A DNA stretch of 64,000 nt, taken from contig AP026679.1 in assembly GCA_025999155.1 (NCBI GenBank), positions 291,996 through 355,995 of the forward strand, given 5' to 3'. Under the pieces are notes generated by a model. It searched no databases and was not told where the DNA came from. It saw nothing but the letters and a program-made list of their open reading frames with translations. Source of the stretch: Candidatus Dojkabacteria bacterium (GTDB taxonomy: Bacteria > Patescibacteriota > Dojkabacteria > JAOAGR01). Shown one piece after another: positions 19,288 to 30,715 of this stretch. Each line of letters begins with the position of its first letter. The first letter of the stretch is position 1. A program made the translations under genes and the position numbers.

Positions 19288-19992
19288 TTATTTTTGTTTT
19301 TGTAAGACAAACAAAATGTCCTCAAAGTTTCTTTCTCGGATTAGTCTTCGATGTAAATTAACTACAAAATCAAGTAGCTTTAGACTAAAAACATAATATG
19401 AAGGATCTGATAAAAATTTTAGATCAACAATATCAAAACCGTACTTGCTTGAATAGTTTCTGATTGATACACCATCATTTAATTTATAGTAGACAGGATA
19501 AGTATCTTGTTCATCTCTTCCCCATACCAGCTTTACTATTTTTTTATGAAATATATTTGGGATCAATCTGCTAATTGTTGTGACAATTGAATATTTATTT
19601 GGAGTAATAGAAATGAAATAACCTCCTTTTTTCAAAACCCTTACCAGGTGTCTAAACATAAAATCGGGATCATTGATGTGTTCCATCACCCAACTACTGA
19701 CTACTATGTCAACACTTTCTTCTTCTAACAACTCTAATTTATCAAAAGTCCCGATGATTTTTGTATTTACAACTTTATTTGCTTCTATTGCGGCAGCATC
19801 AGGATCAAGCCCAATGACTTCTCCAGCCTGAGTATAGGCATCTATCATAAACTCCGACCTACCACATCCGATTTCTAGGACACGCTCTCCACCCTTTATA
19901 TAGTTTATTACTGTAAATTTATATACATCGGCAGGAATAGAAAAGTCAGTATATCGACTTTTGATAATATGCTGAATATCGTGAATATACAT
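19288..19992 (-). CDS. Class I SAM-dependent methyltransferase
   Basis: VLEIGCG, GLDPD, VMEHINDP, RVLKKGG...TPN. Confidence 0.9.
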   Translation of the reverse strand: MYIHDIQHIIKSRYTDFSIPADVYKFTVINYIKGGERVLEIGCGRSEFMIDAYTQAGEVIGLDPDAAAIEANKVVNTKIIGTFDKLELLEEESVDIVVSSWVMEHINDPDFMFRHLVRVLKKGGYFISITPNKYSIVTTISRLIPNIFHKKIVKLVWGRDEQDTYPVYYKLNDGVSIRNYSSKYGFDIVDLKFLSDPSYYVFSLKLLDFVVNLHRRLIRERNFEDILFVLQKQK

Positions 19993-20061
19993 CTACTAGT
20001 CCTTATTAAAGAAACAAAGAAAAACTCAATTATGACAAAAACCACAAGAGAAATCGCACAA

Positions 20062-20229
20062 CTACTTCTTTTCAACAAACTCTACATGCTGTCGCACATT
20101 GGGATCATATTTTTTCAAAGTCAACTTACCCTCAGCTTTACGGCTCTTATAGGTATAATACACATAACCCGAAGCAGATACTAATTTAACTAAGTTTTTC
20201 TTCTTTTTTTTGCCTTTTTTACCAGCCAT
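20062..20229 (-). CDS. rpmG: 50S ribosomal protein bL33, zinc-free form (55 aa, below the ORF-track cutoff)
   Basis: MAGKKGKKKKKNLVKLVSASGYVYYTYKSRKAEGKLTLKKYDPNVRQHVEFVEKK; KL.LKKYDP..R.H..F.E motif. Confidence 0.92.
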   Translation of the reverse strand: MAGKKGKKKKKNLVKLVSASGYVYYTYKSRKAEGKLTLKKYDPNVRQHVEFVEKK

Positions 20230-20500
20230 CTGTGTAAACGATACAATTAGTATTATACATGAAAATAAAAGAATAACAAAACACGCTAATTACAACCGAA
20301 ATATATAACCAAAATTACCGCGAATATTCCGTATAAAGTCAATTTTTCAAATCAAGATCTTTTATTAGGTATACTATTATAAAAATATAAAAAAAAACAG
20401 ATTAAACAGATCCACCAAACCTGTGCTGCAAATCTTTTTACACTGACATAGTCAAAAGAACAAATATGTGAATTAGAATAGATTATAAATTACTCCAAAA

Positions 20501-20576
20501 TGGAGCTAGAAGCGGGACTTGAACCCGCGACCCCTTCCTTACCATGGAAGCGCTCTACCAACTGAGCTATTCCAGC
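20501..20576 (-). tRNA. tRNA-Thr(GGT) copy 1
   Basis: GCTGGAATAGCTCAGTTGGTAGAGC, CTTCC-ATGGTAA-GGAAG, GGTTCAAGTCC, CCA. Confidence 0.95.
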
Positions 20577-20699
20577 ACCACACTGCGCATAAGCTACACC
20601 ACAAACTTCGCATAGACTATCCTCAACAAAACGAAGGAATACAAGACACGTACACCATCTAAAACCCTCACAATGGAATCACCTACCACTAAAAAACCT

Positions 20700-21337
20700 T
20701 TACTCGACACTAAACTCCTCTATCGTAAAGCCCTCTTCTGTATTACCAACCATTGTAATAACCACTACATTATTACGATAATTGAACGCTATTAATTTCA
20801 TCGTGTTAACGCCAGTATTGTAAGGAGATTCCCCATCAATCTTAAATAACACAAACTGCAATAACAAATCAGCTGAAGACTTACTTTCTAAATAATCACA
20901 AAAATCACTTATCTTTTTTGCCTGTTCTATAAACTCTGCTTCTGTAGTATCCTGCCTAAACTTTTCAAGAGTCCTAGTTCGATAAGTATTCGATAATTCA
21001 GAATCAGATTTTTCGCAGACTGTCTTATCCAACTGCGATACAAAAACTTTTTTTGTTCATCCGCAAAGGCTAACTCATTAGCAACTAGCAAAAACGAACA
21101 AACAGTACATACACAACAAACTATGACCAAAACAATACAAGATATTAAAACAAAAGACTTCATCTTACTTCCAGATTTACTCTGAGGTACACCATACACA
21201 GCCTGGGGTGCCGAACCTGACACCGAGCCCACAGCAGGTGGTGCATTAACACGCATAGCCGGAGGATTGGTGGGAGAATATTGCGGTAGATTATGATTAA
21301 CAGAGACTACGTTTTGCGGATTTACTTGAGTGTTCAT
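20700..21337 (-). pseudogene. Family B membrane protein copy 1, split by a one-base frameshift in an A7 tract
   Basis: ORFs 20927-21343 and 20700-21032 together align to intact 23322-23981; A8 at 21048-21054 would give EQKKVFVSQLDKTVC. Confidence 0.8.
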
Positions 21338-21475
21338 AAACAACTATTCTTAAAAATTAAAAGACCCAAGCCATTCTAAAACTACATACCACATTCGTCA
21401 ACGTCTACAAGAAAAACCAAACACAACCCTCCCTTAATTTGAACTAACTATTTATTGCTAAGTTACAAATTTAAT

Positions 21476-22768
21476 TTATCTATTCACATAATACACAAAA
21501 GTAGAAGCCCTATTCATAACATCATTCTGTTTAGAAGAATCCTCAAAATCGTCTACATCAGAAAGTTTATCAATATACCTAAACTCAATACGACCATCAG
21601 GGTAAGCAACAGGACTAAAATCTCCAAAATTGAATATAAAAATTTCCTTTCCAACAGTGTCCTTGCCAAGTACGGTCTCTACACTGCCATCATCAAGATT
21701 AATCTTTAGAACCGACTTAAAAAAACCCAGTCGTACGAGAGATTCTCCATAAAGAATAACATAATTCCTCCCTCTATAAACAACCGAACCAAAGGTCATA
21801 ACAAGATTGGTATCATCGCCGTTAATCCGGTACAGACTAGGACCTACAGGACCAACACCCAAGCCGTTGAAATCTGGTGCAGCAATAAAATAATTATCAC
21901 CAAACTCAATAATACGCTGGAAAGATAAAGATCTCTGACCATCATTTATTTTATAAGTTTTTCCGTTTATCAAATGATAGCCGGCTACACTAACCCATGG
22001 ACCTTGATCCCCAAGTTGACAATCTAAAGGATTTTTCTCCAATATCGTATAAGCTAGGTCATTATTCTTATTGAGAGCGATGGAAGCTACAAAGTTCTCA
22101 GGTTCCGGAGCTGTATATATAACACTTACGTTCTTATTTGTATCCATCATCTTCACTTTATTTGGCTCATTAGTATCAACATAGTACAATCGCGTACCAT
22201 CCATACTGACCACAGGATGAGCAGGCAATCTACGCAGACAAGTATCATAATCGGAATAGTCCACAAAACCGTAAGGACGATCCATGACTAGTTCATTACC
22301 CAATCTGTACTCCAACTTAGAAGACTCACTATCGTAATGAACATTAAATTTATCCGAAGCAATAGGTACATTGGAATACAAAACTTTTGATACGTAATAA
22401 AAATAATATGAAGACATTACGAAATAATCCTTGCTTTCAGATGAATCAGATTTACTCGTACCAGACGAATCAGATGGACTTGTATTAGGCATACTTTGAC
22501 TAGAATTATTTGAAGAAAGCCCGAACGGAATCTTACTAGAATAAACCAAAGATACTAAAACAACAGAAACACACAGAACTCCCAGAGCAATTACTAAAAT
22601 ACTAATAACTAAAAATTGCTTGTTTTGAAGCATACCAGAGTCATTACTCACATTTAAGTGTGAAGTACTTGTACCTCTATCTGCTTGATTTTCCTCAGAG
22701 GTATTTAGTCCGCTTGAATTTAACATGATTGATTCTATCAAATTACATGACTCTAATCTAGACATCAA
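21476..22768 (-). CDS. Single-TM surface protein, family A copy 2
   Basis: Paralog of 17695 and 24122; Ser-rich linker after the TM. Confidence 0.85.
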   Translation of the reverse strand: MMSRLESCNLIESIMLNSSGLNTSEENQADRGTSTSHLNVSNDSGMLQNKQFLVISILVIALGVLCVSVVLVSLVYSSKIPFGLSSNNSSQSMPNTSPSDSSGTSKSDSSESKDYFVMSSYYFYYVSKVLYSNVPIASDKFNVHYDSESSKLEYRLGNELVMDRPYGFVDYSDYDTCLRRLPAHPVVSMDGTRLYYVDTNEPNKVKMMDTNKNVSVIYTAPEPENFVASIALNKNNDLAYTILEKNPLDCQLGDQGPWVSVAGYHLINGKTYKINDGQRSLSFQRIIEFGDNYFIAAPDFNGLGVGPVGPSLYRINGDDTNLVMTFGSVVYRGRNYVILYGESLVRLGFFKSVLKINLDDGSVETVLGKDTVGKEIFIFNFGDFSPVAYPDGRIEFRYIDKLSDVDDFEDSSKQNDVMNRASTFVYYVNR

Positions 22769-22856
22769 TTACATCAACAATAAAGAAAACACAAGATCTA
22801 CAGGCCCTATTATCGATACAGGATAATTATAAACCGACATCAAAAAACCAATATAA

Positions 22857-23017
22857 TTATTTCTTTTCAACAAAATCTACATGCTTACATACATTAGGGT
22901 CACATTTTCTTTCTCAGAGCTAACTTACATCGGCTTTAGGGCTTTTATAAGTATAATATACGTAACCAAAAGCAGATACTAACCTGATTAAGTTTTTTTA
23001 CCTTTATTACAAGACAT
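22857..23017 (-). pseudogene. rpmG pseudogene (copy 2)
   Basis: MSCNKGKKT* / NLIRLVSAFGYVYYTYKSPKADVS* / RKCDPNVCKHVDFVEKK*; frameshifts and stops relative to 20062-20229. Confidence 0.85.
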
Positions 23018-23149
23018 CTGTCGAAAGTAGGTATGACCTAAGCACGAAACATGAAAATAAAAGAATAAAAAACACAGATAACGCAATAAAAACAAACAAA
23101 CCTAGCGATCGAAAGAAAAATATGAAAAAGGATCATGCACTACCTAAAA

Positions 23150-23225
<76 letters not shown>

Positions 23226-23321
23226 ACCGTATTGCGCACAAATAACGTCACATAAACTATCCCCGACAAAACAACAAAATATAAACATAAGGACCTGTCC
23301 ACCATCCAAAACTCTTACAAC

Positions 23322-23975
23322 CTATTTTGATGCAACTTCTGCTATAACAAAATTCTTTATTTTAAAACCTTCTTGTGTATTACCAACCATTACAATACTC
23401 ACTCCATCACCATTGTAATTAGATACCACTAATGCCATTTTGTTCACACCAGTGTCATACGGACTCACCCCCTCAATTCCCAAAATTATACCTTGAGAAT
23501 ATAAATCAATCGCCGATTTACCTTCTAAATGATTACAAATACCACTGATCTTTTTAGCTTGTTTTACAAAATCTGCTTCTGTAGTACTTTGCCTAAACTC
23601 TTCCAGAGTCTTAGTTCTATAAACCCTCGATAGATCAGAGTCAGATTTTTCGCAGACTGTCTTATCCAACTCCGACACTATAATCTTTTTATGTTGTTCT
23701 ACAGCCGTAACATTACCATTAACCAGAACAGATAGAAAAACAGTACACACACAACAAACTACAAACAAAACAATACCAGATATTAAAAAACAGGACTTGT
23801 TTTTACTTCCAGCTTTATTCTGAGGTACACCATACACAGCCTGGGGTGCCGAACCTGACACCGACCCCACAGTAGGCTGTACATTGACACCCATAGCCGA
23901 AGGACCGGCGGGATAATGCTGTGGCAGATTATGATTAACAGAGACTACGTTTTGCGGATTTACTTGAGTGTTCAT
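23322..23975 (-). CDS. Family B membrane protein copy 2 (Pro/Gln-rich N-terminus, Cys-rich TM, extracytoplasmic domain)
   Basis: MNTQVNPQ...VVCCVCTV TM...LDKTVCEKSDSDL...GNTQEGFKI. Confidence 0.85.
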   Translation of the reverse strand: MNTQVNPQNVVSVNHNLPQHYPAGPSAMGVNVQPTVGSVSGSAPQAVYGVPQNKAGSKNKSCFLISGIVLFVVCCVCTVFLSVLVNGNVTAVEQHKKIIVSELDKTVCEKSDSDLSRVYRTKTLEEFRQSTTEADFVKQAKKISGICNHLEGKSAIDLYSQGIILGIEGVSPYDTGVNKMALVVSNYNGDGVSIVMVGNTQEGFKIKNFVIAEVASK

Positions 23976-24121
23976 AAACAACTATTCTTAAAAATTAAAA
24001 GACCCAAGCCATTCTAAAACTACATTCAATACTCGTCAATATGCATAAGAAAAATTACAAACAACGCGATCTCCATATAATTTTAACTAACTTATTGCAA
24101 AGTTAACAATTAAATAAACAT

Positions 24122-25384
24122 TTATCTATCAATATCATACACAAAAGTAGAAGCTGTATTCCGAGCCTCATCCAGTCTAGAAGGATCTTCAGAATCCTCA
24201 ACATCATCTATAGAAATTTTATCAGTATACTTAAACTCGATACGACCATCAGAGTAAACAACGGGACCAAAATCAATAAAATCAAATATGAGAATCTCCT
24301 TTCCAACAGTATCTGGACCTAGTAAGGTCTCTATACTACCGTCATCAAGATTCACCTTTAAAACAGACTTAGCAACACCCGAAAGAAAATATTGTCCGTA
24401 AAGAATAATATAATTACTTCCCCTATAAACCACTGGACCAAAAGTCATGACATGTTCGACATTAGCTTCGTTAATCCGGTATAAAATAGGGCCTACAGGA
24501 CTAAACTCTGCAGCAGCGATAAAGTAATTATCTCCGAAATCAATAATAACCTCATCAGACGCAGCAACAAACCTCTCACCATTATTTATTTTATACATGT
24601 TTCCATTTATTAAATGATAGCCAGTTACACCACCATCCGATTGACAAAATAATACAGGTCTTTTTTCAAATATTGTATAAGCTAAATCGTTATTCTTGTT
24701 GATAGCAATAGAAGCTATAAAATTCTCAGGTTCAGGGGTAGTATATATAACACTTACGTTCTTATTTGTATCCATCATTTTTACTTTATTAGGATCCTCA
24801 ATATCAACAAAGTATAACCGTGTACCATCCGTACTAGTCACAGGATAGGCAGGCAACCTCGGTCGACAACTATCATTTCCATTAAGTGTTAAATCATAAA
24901 AGCCGTAAGAACGATCCATGACTAGCTCACTACCCAACCTATATTCAAACTTAGAGGACCCACTATCATAATAAACATTAAACCTATCGGAATCTGGAAC
25001 ACCTCGAAGATAAAATAAAGAATTCGCATAATAAAAAGAATATGAAGGAGATAGGAAATAACCCCCACCTCCAGGTGAATCAGATGTACCATTACTAGAC
25101 ATCTCGTGATCATAATTGTTTGAAAAAACTCCTGGATGAATCTCACTAAAATAAGAATCGAAAACCCTCATAATAATATCTAAAGATACCAGAGTAATAT
25201 CACGACCATACATAAGTCCGACGGGACATAATACACTTAATAGAAAAACAACAGTTAAACAGTTACCTAAAAATTGCATCTTTTGAGGCAGACCATAGTC
25301 ACCATTCACATTTAAATGTGAAGTATTTGTACTTTTATCCTCTTGATTTTCCTTAGAAGTATTTTGATCCTCTGCAGTCAACAT
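24122..25384 (-). CDS. Single-TM surface protein, family A copy 3
   Basis: Paralog of 17695 and 21476. Confidence 0.85.
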   Translation of the reverse strand: MLTAEDQNTSKENQEDKSTNTSHLNVNGDYGLPQKMQFLGNCLTVVFLLSVLCPVGLMYGRDITLVSLDIIMRVFDSYFSEIHPGVFSNNYDHEMSSNGTSDSPGGGGYFLSPSYSFYYANSLFYLRGVPDSDRFNVYYDSGSSKFEYRLGSELVMDRSYGFYDLTLNGNDSCRPRLPAYPVTSTDGTRLYFVDIEDPNKVKMMDTNKNVSVIYTTPEPENFIASIAINKNNDLAYTIFEKRPVLFCQSDGGVTGYHLINGNMYKINNGERFVAASDEVIIDFGDNYFIAAAEFSPVGPILYRINEANVEHVMTFGPVVYRGSNYIILYGQYFLSGVAKSVLKVNLDDGSIETLLGPDTVGKEILIFDFIDFGPVVYSDGRIEFKYTDKISIDDVEDSEDPSRLDEARNTASTFVYDIDR

Positions 25385-25541
25385 AATTAATTTTATTCAA
25401 TTACGTAACTTTAATCCATAAATCAACTTACATAAAAATAAAGAAAACATTAGATCTACAACGTACTGTTATCGATGCAAGGTAGGAGAAAAAACTAATT
25501 TAATTAGAAACCTACATCAAAAAGCAAAAAGCTAATATAAA

Positions 25542-25700
25542 CTATTTCGTTACAACAAAATCCATATACTTACATACATTAGAGCCGTATTTTCTCAGAG
25601 AGAACGTACCATCAGCTTTACGGCTTTTATAAGTATAAACATACATAGCTAGAAGCAGATACCAATTTGATTAATTTTTATATCTTTTTAATCTTATCAC
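25542..25700 (-). pseudogene. rpmG pseudogene (copy 3)
   Basis: KLIKLVSASSYV (frameshift) YTYKSRKADGTFSLRKYGSNVCKYMDFVVTK*. Confidence 0.8.
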
Positions 25701-25819
25701 GTTTAATTTATCGAAAAGTAGTATGATCTAGTATTGTCATCAAAAATAAAGATCTTGTACCATCTAAATACGTCTATCATCCAAGATCGTTACAACCAAA
25801 GGATTTATTGTGTAAAAAT

Positions 25820-26380
25820 TTAATCACGACTTAATGCTTCTTCAACAACGCTATGTTCCGCTGCAAGAAACCTCTTTATTTTAAAACCTTCTTCTGTATT
25901 ACCATAGAATCGAATAAATACTAAATGACCATCATAATCAAATGACACTAATATCCTAGAGTGATTAGTACCTCTACTACTAACTGTACAAACAGATCCA
26001 ACGAATGTAAATTGCGAGTACAAAGTCAACGCCGAGTTATTTTCCAAATAATCACAAATCTTACGGACTTTTCTTGCCTGTTCTATAAACTCTGCTTCTG
26101 TCATATTTTGTCTAAGCTCTTCGAAAGTCCTAGTTCGATAAGTCTTAGATAGATCAGAATCTGATTTGTCACAGACTGTATCATATAACTCTGATACCAA
26201 ACTTCTTTTCTCTAATTCCGAACATCGAACAAACATGCCGCCAAAACATCCACCAAAAAGTAAAGCCAAGGTAAAAACTTTGGTAATCGCAAAAAAAGAC
26301 TGTAAAAAAAGATGGATTTTATCTCTAGATTTCTTCTTGGACATACCACACACGGCCTGCTGGAGTGATGGATCCGACAC
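25820..26380 (-). CDS. Family B membrane protein copy 3 (5'-truncated or diverged)
   Basis: VSELYDTVCDKSDSDLSKTYRTRT...TEAEFIEQA...GNTEEGFKI shared with B1/B2. Confidence 0.75.
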   Translation of the reverse strand: MSDPSLQQAVCGMSKKKSRDKIHLFLQSFFAITKVFTLALLFGGCFGGMFVRCSELEKRSLVSELYDTVCDKSDSDLSKTYRTRTFEELRQNMTEAEFIEQARKVRKICDYLENNSALTLYSQFTFVGSVCTVSSRGTNHSRILVSFDYDGHLVFIRFYGNTEEGFKIKRFLAAEHSVVEEALSRD

Positions 26381-26719
26381 CTGACCAGTAACAGACCGCT
26401 CATTAATTATAGCAGAAGCATAGGGAGAGAGTGATTATATCCCATATTCGTCAATGTGCATCAGAAAATTTATACAGGATCAACTTTATGGCTGATTTAC
26501 ACTAAATTATTGGAAAATCAATAGTCGGGAATTTATATACGTAATCTGAAAAATAACCTTTACATCAAAATAAAAAACGATTGACACACGAAATTCTAAA
26601 ACGTGTATTAATTCTCAATTTTAACCCGAGTTCACATCAGAAACCTTAAAACTCATTTAGCTGGGTAAACTATGAACAAAGAGATAGAAAAAGTAAGAAA
26701 AAAGAAAAACGTACGGCAG

Positions 26720-26806
26720 TGGTGCAAGCGGGTGGATTTGAACCACCGTAGACACAAGGTCGCCAGATTTACAGTCTGGTGCGTTTGACCACTCCGCCAC
26801 ACTTGC
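26720..26806 (-). tRNA. tRNA-Tyr(GTA), long variable arm
   Basis: CCAGA-CTGTAAA-TCTGG, GGTTCAAATCC, CCA. Confidence 0.93.
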
Positions 26807-26944
26807 ACGACACATCATTTTACATCGATAAAGTCAATTGTTCAATACAAAGGATTATCAAGCAATATAAATATAACCACGTATAGAACAAAACTAATGC
26901 TAAAAAGGTTTTTAATTAGCCGACTAAAATTAATAAGAAAAACT

Positions 26945-27328
26945 TCATTCTATAGATGTACTAGAATTATTGATACATTGTGTAAGTTCTTCATTTGGAG
27001 TCCACCCACATTTGCCATCACTTTGTAATTCACACTTAGCAAAAGGCTGTTTATAACAAGCAAATTCTTCTTTCCAAATGCACATTGAAGAGACATCCTC
27101 ACCAGCTTTCACACATAATTCACCACTACATCCAGCAACGACACATGCACTACTACCATCACTAGGTTGATTTAATTGATCTGGTTCTTCGATCTTAGAA
27201 ACATCCGACTTCATATCGTCATTCATCACATTATAGAAAATCACTCCCGCAAGCAAAGATACAGATAAAAATAGGACAACAATAGTGATTAATTTTTTTT
27301 GAGATATGTTATTTACAATATTTGACAT
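26945..27328 (-). CDS. Membrane-anchored protein with a cysteine-cluster domain
   Basis: TM followed by CVVAGCSGELC...C...CY...C...CGW...C (8 Cys). Confidence 0.8.
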   Translation of the reverse strand: MSNIVNNISQKKLITIVVLFLSVSLLAGVIFYNVMNDDMKSDVSKIEEPDQLNQPSDGSSACVVAGCSGELCVKAGEDVSSMCIWKEEFACYKQPFAKCELQSDGKCGWTPNEELTQCINNSSTSIE

Positions 27329-27468
27329 GTAAATAGTAAATCAAGATATTGACGTTTTGTAAAGTAGTGACATTCTAAAACAAAATTCGAGGAAAAATGA
27401 TGACGTGAACCTATTCAAGATTATTTAATTAAAAAATGTAGAGCTAAGTCCGAATTTATAAAGGAAAA

Positions 27469-27543
27469 TGGTGACTCTACGGGGAATCGAACCCCGGTTT
27501 CATGGCTGAAAACCATGCGTACTAACCGCTGTACGATAGAGTC
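27469..27543 (-). tRNA. tRNA-Glu(TTC)
   Basis: GACTCTA/TAGAGTC acceptor, CATGG-TTTTCAG-CCATG, GGTTCGATTCC, CCA. Confidence 0.93.
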
Positions 27544-27687
27544 AAGCAGTTTATCTTAACATAAGAATTCAATTTTGAGAATAAATAATCAAGGTACTGT
27601 ATCGGATAAAAGAGGGTATTCAAATTAATACTAAAGAGGCAGACTACCAATCCGAGAGTGTTTAAAATCATCGGCGGAATACTTATT

Positions 27688-27993
27688 TCAATGCTTATCA
27701 AACTTCGAAATACGACCCGAAATCTGAGATTCAATCTTATCAATTAAGCTATATAATTCTTCTCCTGAAGAAGTAAAAAATAATGACTTATTGTGATAAA
27801 CAATACTTACCGAAATAGAAAAAGCCTCCCGCCCGCTATCATGCAGTTTCTTTAGATGGACCTCCTTCAAGACAATATTTCTGTTTACAAATTTTGGCTT
27901 ACTAAATTTCTGTCGAATATATTCTGTAATTGCGTCTGTATGTGTTACATTCTCAAAATTTATAACGAAATTTGTTGTATTTTCCATATTCAT
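27688..27993 (-). CDS. Ribosome hibernation factor HPF/RaiA-like
   Basis: NVTHTDAITEYIRQKFSK...ELYSLIDKIESQI pattern, ~100 aa. Confidence 0.7.
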   Translation of the reverse strand: MNMENTTNFVINFENVTHTDAITEYIRQKFSKPKFVNRNIVLKEVHLKKLHDSGREAFSISVSIVYHNKSLFFTSSGEELYSLIDKIESQISGRISKFDKH

Positions 27994-28100
27994 TATTTAA
28001 GTTAACAAAGGGTACAGTTCATGATAAACGTATATTAGTAAAAAAACAAACTCACTTCTAGCAAATCACCATCGATGAAATATTTCTGTAACCCTATTTT

Positions 28101-28174
28101 TGGCAGGGGCGGAGAGACTCGAACTCCCGTTGGCGGTTTTGGAGACCGCAGTCCTACCACTGAACGACACCCCC
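28101..28174 (-). tRNA. tRNA-Trp(CCA)
   Basis: GCGGT-CTCCAAA-ACCGC, GTTCGAGTC, G73-CCA. Confidence 0.93.
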
Positions 28175-28309
28175 AGTATGCCTATGCTGACTATCTATAC
28201 TGATTATAACGGAAAAATATTGATTAACAAATGGATCCTAATAATCGCGATTTTTTTATATCTTGAAATACTTATCATCACTCAAAAATTTGTTTTTCAA
28301 TAACATCAA

Positions 28310-28855
28310 TTAATGAATTGGCGAGCTGGATTGAGACCAAATTATATCCCCTACTCCATGATCAGCATTCAATCTACGTGCCAAAATAAAGAAATAATCA
28401 GAGAGTCTATTAAGTAATACACCAAAAGTTTTATTGAAACACTTTCTCCTAGTGGAAAACCGAACAAAAATTCTTTCAGTAGTGCGAGTTTTAGTACGAC
28501 AAATGTGACAAATTGCAGCAGAATCGTGCCCCCAGGTAATATAAAATTACGCAAATCTTCAAGAATTTATCATATGCATAAATCTTAGACTCTAAATGCT
28601 TAGTCAAACTACCAAAATCTACAAAACTTACACATTTTGGATTTGCAATTTCTGATCCTGCCACAAAAAGCGTTTCTTGTATAAGTCGTAACTCCAAATG
28701 ATATTTATCCGATACCTTACTAATTAATAAACCAATAAAAGAATTTAGCTCATCAATTTGTCCTAACAATTTATCCGTTGACTACATTTCATGACCCGAG
28801 AACCATCAAATAAAGATGTTTCTCCTTCATCTCCCAATTTTGTGTAAATCTTCAT
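28310..28855 (-). pseudogene. PduO-type cob(I)alamin adenosyltransferase, at least 3 frameshifts
   Basis: Successive frames give MKIYTKLGDEGETSLFDGSRV / LGQIDELNSFIG / LRNFILPGG / CHICRTKTRTTER...LNRLSDYFFILARRLN. Confidence 0.88.
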
Positions 28856-28856
28856 T

Positions 28857-30107
28857 TTACTCTTCTAAATAAGGTAATTCAATATCGTTGATTTTAGGTA
28901 AAGCGTTACCCATAATACCCTGCATATCTCCGAGTATAGATAATGTTCCTTCAGTCATTCTCTTAATCTGCATTTCGCGCTCCGCCCAAATCTTCATGTA
29001 TGCTTTTTTTTCCTTATCCAACTGTAATTGCATGGACTTATAACTTTCTAAAACGGAAATGATCTTATTTCGAAAAAGATCAGAAGACAAATAATGATAA
29101 ATCTGAGACATTTTTGCTTCTTTCCCTTCTAATAATCTTTCTATACGTTTTATTTCGAATAAGTTCATCCGTAATACATTGGCTAGTTGTAAACAATTAT
29201 CGAAGTTTGTTATCCATACACCATCTTTCAAATCAAAACTCTGAATTTCATCAGGTAATGTATAAGTGACAAGAATACCGAAGTTTCCTTGTGCCTTGAT
29301 CACATCATCCTTTAACTTACTAATCCAATCATAATTAAATGTTTTTGTGCGTTTACTTTCCCAAACTATCTTGCCATACACACGACCGGTTTTATCTTTT
29401 ACAATCTGAATTATGTCTGCACCCATAGTACCTTTGGGAACTTCTTGGATTTCATCGTAAGGGAAAAATTCTCTCATCCTTTGTTCGAGATCTATTTCTT
29501 GTAATTCACCAACAAATCTCTCAGATTTCGTAGTGGCCTTACGTTGGGCTTCCTCTAGAGCTTTTTGCATATCTGAAAGTTTTTTTTCATATTCTAAAGA
29601 CTGAAGCCTTATGCGTTCCTGAAATTCTTTTTGTACTGAAGCTATAAGCTTCTCTCTTTCTTCATCTAATCTACGAGCAAGAGCTAATTCGATATTACGT
29701 TTTTCTTCTTCGATTTTACGGCGCTCTGATCTCAATTCTAATTCCACTTTTTGAGCAGCCTGCAGTTGCTCTAGATATTCCTGATTCTGTCTCTTTAAAT
29801 CCTCTAGCTCAAGTTCGATATTAGCTCTCGCTTGCTTTTCTAATTCTGATTTTAATTTTTTTTGGATATCAAGTAATTCTTGATCAAATTTTTCTCTTAA
29901 TTCTTTTTCTTTTCTTTGTAGAATCTCATTTAGAGACTTTTCTTTTTCTTCTAATTTGACCGATAATTCTGCCTTCTGCCGGTTTAAATCTTCAAGTTTT
30001 TTCTGTAATTCATTTTCAAACTGTTGACGAATCTGTTGAGTTAAAGCTTCGCTTATAGGGATTTTTGTCCCACATTCAGGACAGACAATAAACTGTATTT
30101 CGGACAT
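28857..30107 (-). CDS. DUF2130 family coiled-coil protein with N-terminal Zn ribbon
   Basis: CPECG, coiled coil, FPYDEIQEVPKG..GADIIQ...WESKRTK...WISKLKDD. Confidence 0.85.
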   Translation of the reverse strand: MSEIQFIVCPECGTKIPISEALTQQIRQQFENELQKKLEDLNRQKAELSVKLEEKEKSLNEILQRKEKELREKFDQELLDIQKKLKSELEKQARANIELELEDLKRQNQEYLEQLQAAQKVELELRSERRKIEEEKRNIELALARRLDEEREKLIASVQKEFQERIRLQSLEYEKKLSDMQKALEEAQRKATTKSERFVGELQEIDLEQRMREFFPYDEIQEVPKGTMGADIIQIVKDKTGRVYGKIVWESKRTKTFNYDWISKLKDDVIKAQGNFGILVTYTLPDEIQSFDLKDGVWITNFDNCLQLANVLRMNLFEIKRIERLLEGKEAKMSQIYHYLSSDLFRNKIISVLESYKSMQLQLDKEKKAYMKIWAEREMQIKRMTEGTLSILGDMQGIMGNALPKINDIELPYLEE

Positions 30108-30199
30108 AATCGATTATAGATTATTTTGTGATCGATACATGATATGTAAATACTAAAAAATATCATATAAATTGAGAAATAAAATTAGTAGAATCTCCT

Positions 30200-30715
30200 A
30201 TGAAAAAGTTAAGCAAAAAAGAGATCAAAAAATTTTTTAAGGAGGAACGATATCGTAAACAAAACATTGTAATCATACTTGATAATCTACAATATACAAG
30301 AAATGTAGCATCTATTTTTAGAACTGCAGAAGCAGCGGGTGTCAAAAAAATCTATCTTACAGGTATTACCCCTCAACCCCAATTCGATCAAGAATTTCAG
30401 CACGTATCACGTAAAAAAGAAAAACTCGTTGATTGGGAATATGAACAAAATGCTTATTGGGTCTTAGAACAATTAAAGAAACAAGGATTTATACGTATTG
30501 CAGTTGAACTGACCAATACCGCTATACCCTTATATAAATTAAAAGATATAGTTAATGCCAACGATAAAATATGCTTTGTATTTGGTAGTGAAATACATGG
30601 ATTATCAAAAACAACACTCAAAAACTGTGATGAGTCAGTGTTTATTCCAATGTACGGTAAAGGGGCCAGCTTAAATGTCGCTGTTTGTGCAGGTATAATA
30701 TTGTATAGTTTCTAA
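30200..30715 (+). CDS. SpoU/TrmH family RNA methyltransferase
   Basis: LDN...[32 protein letters not shown]. Confidence 0.92.
   Translation: MKKLSKKEIKKFFKEERYRKQNIVIILDNLQYTRNVASIFRTAEAAGVKKIYLTGITPQPQFDQEFQHVSRKKEKLVDWEYEQNAYWVLEQLKKQGFIRIAVELTNTAIPLYKLKDIVNANDKICFVFGSEIHGLSKTTLKNCDESVFIPMYGKGASLNVAVCAGIILYSF

Noticed and set aside
28100-28303. ORF MAGAERLELPLAVLETAVLPLNDTP
   Set aside because: It is the antisense reading of tRNA-Trp, a familiar spurious ORF.
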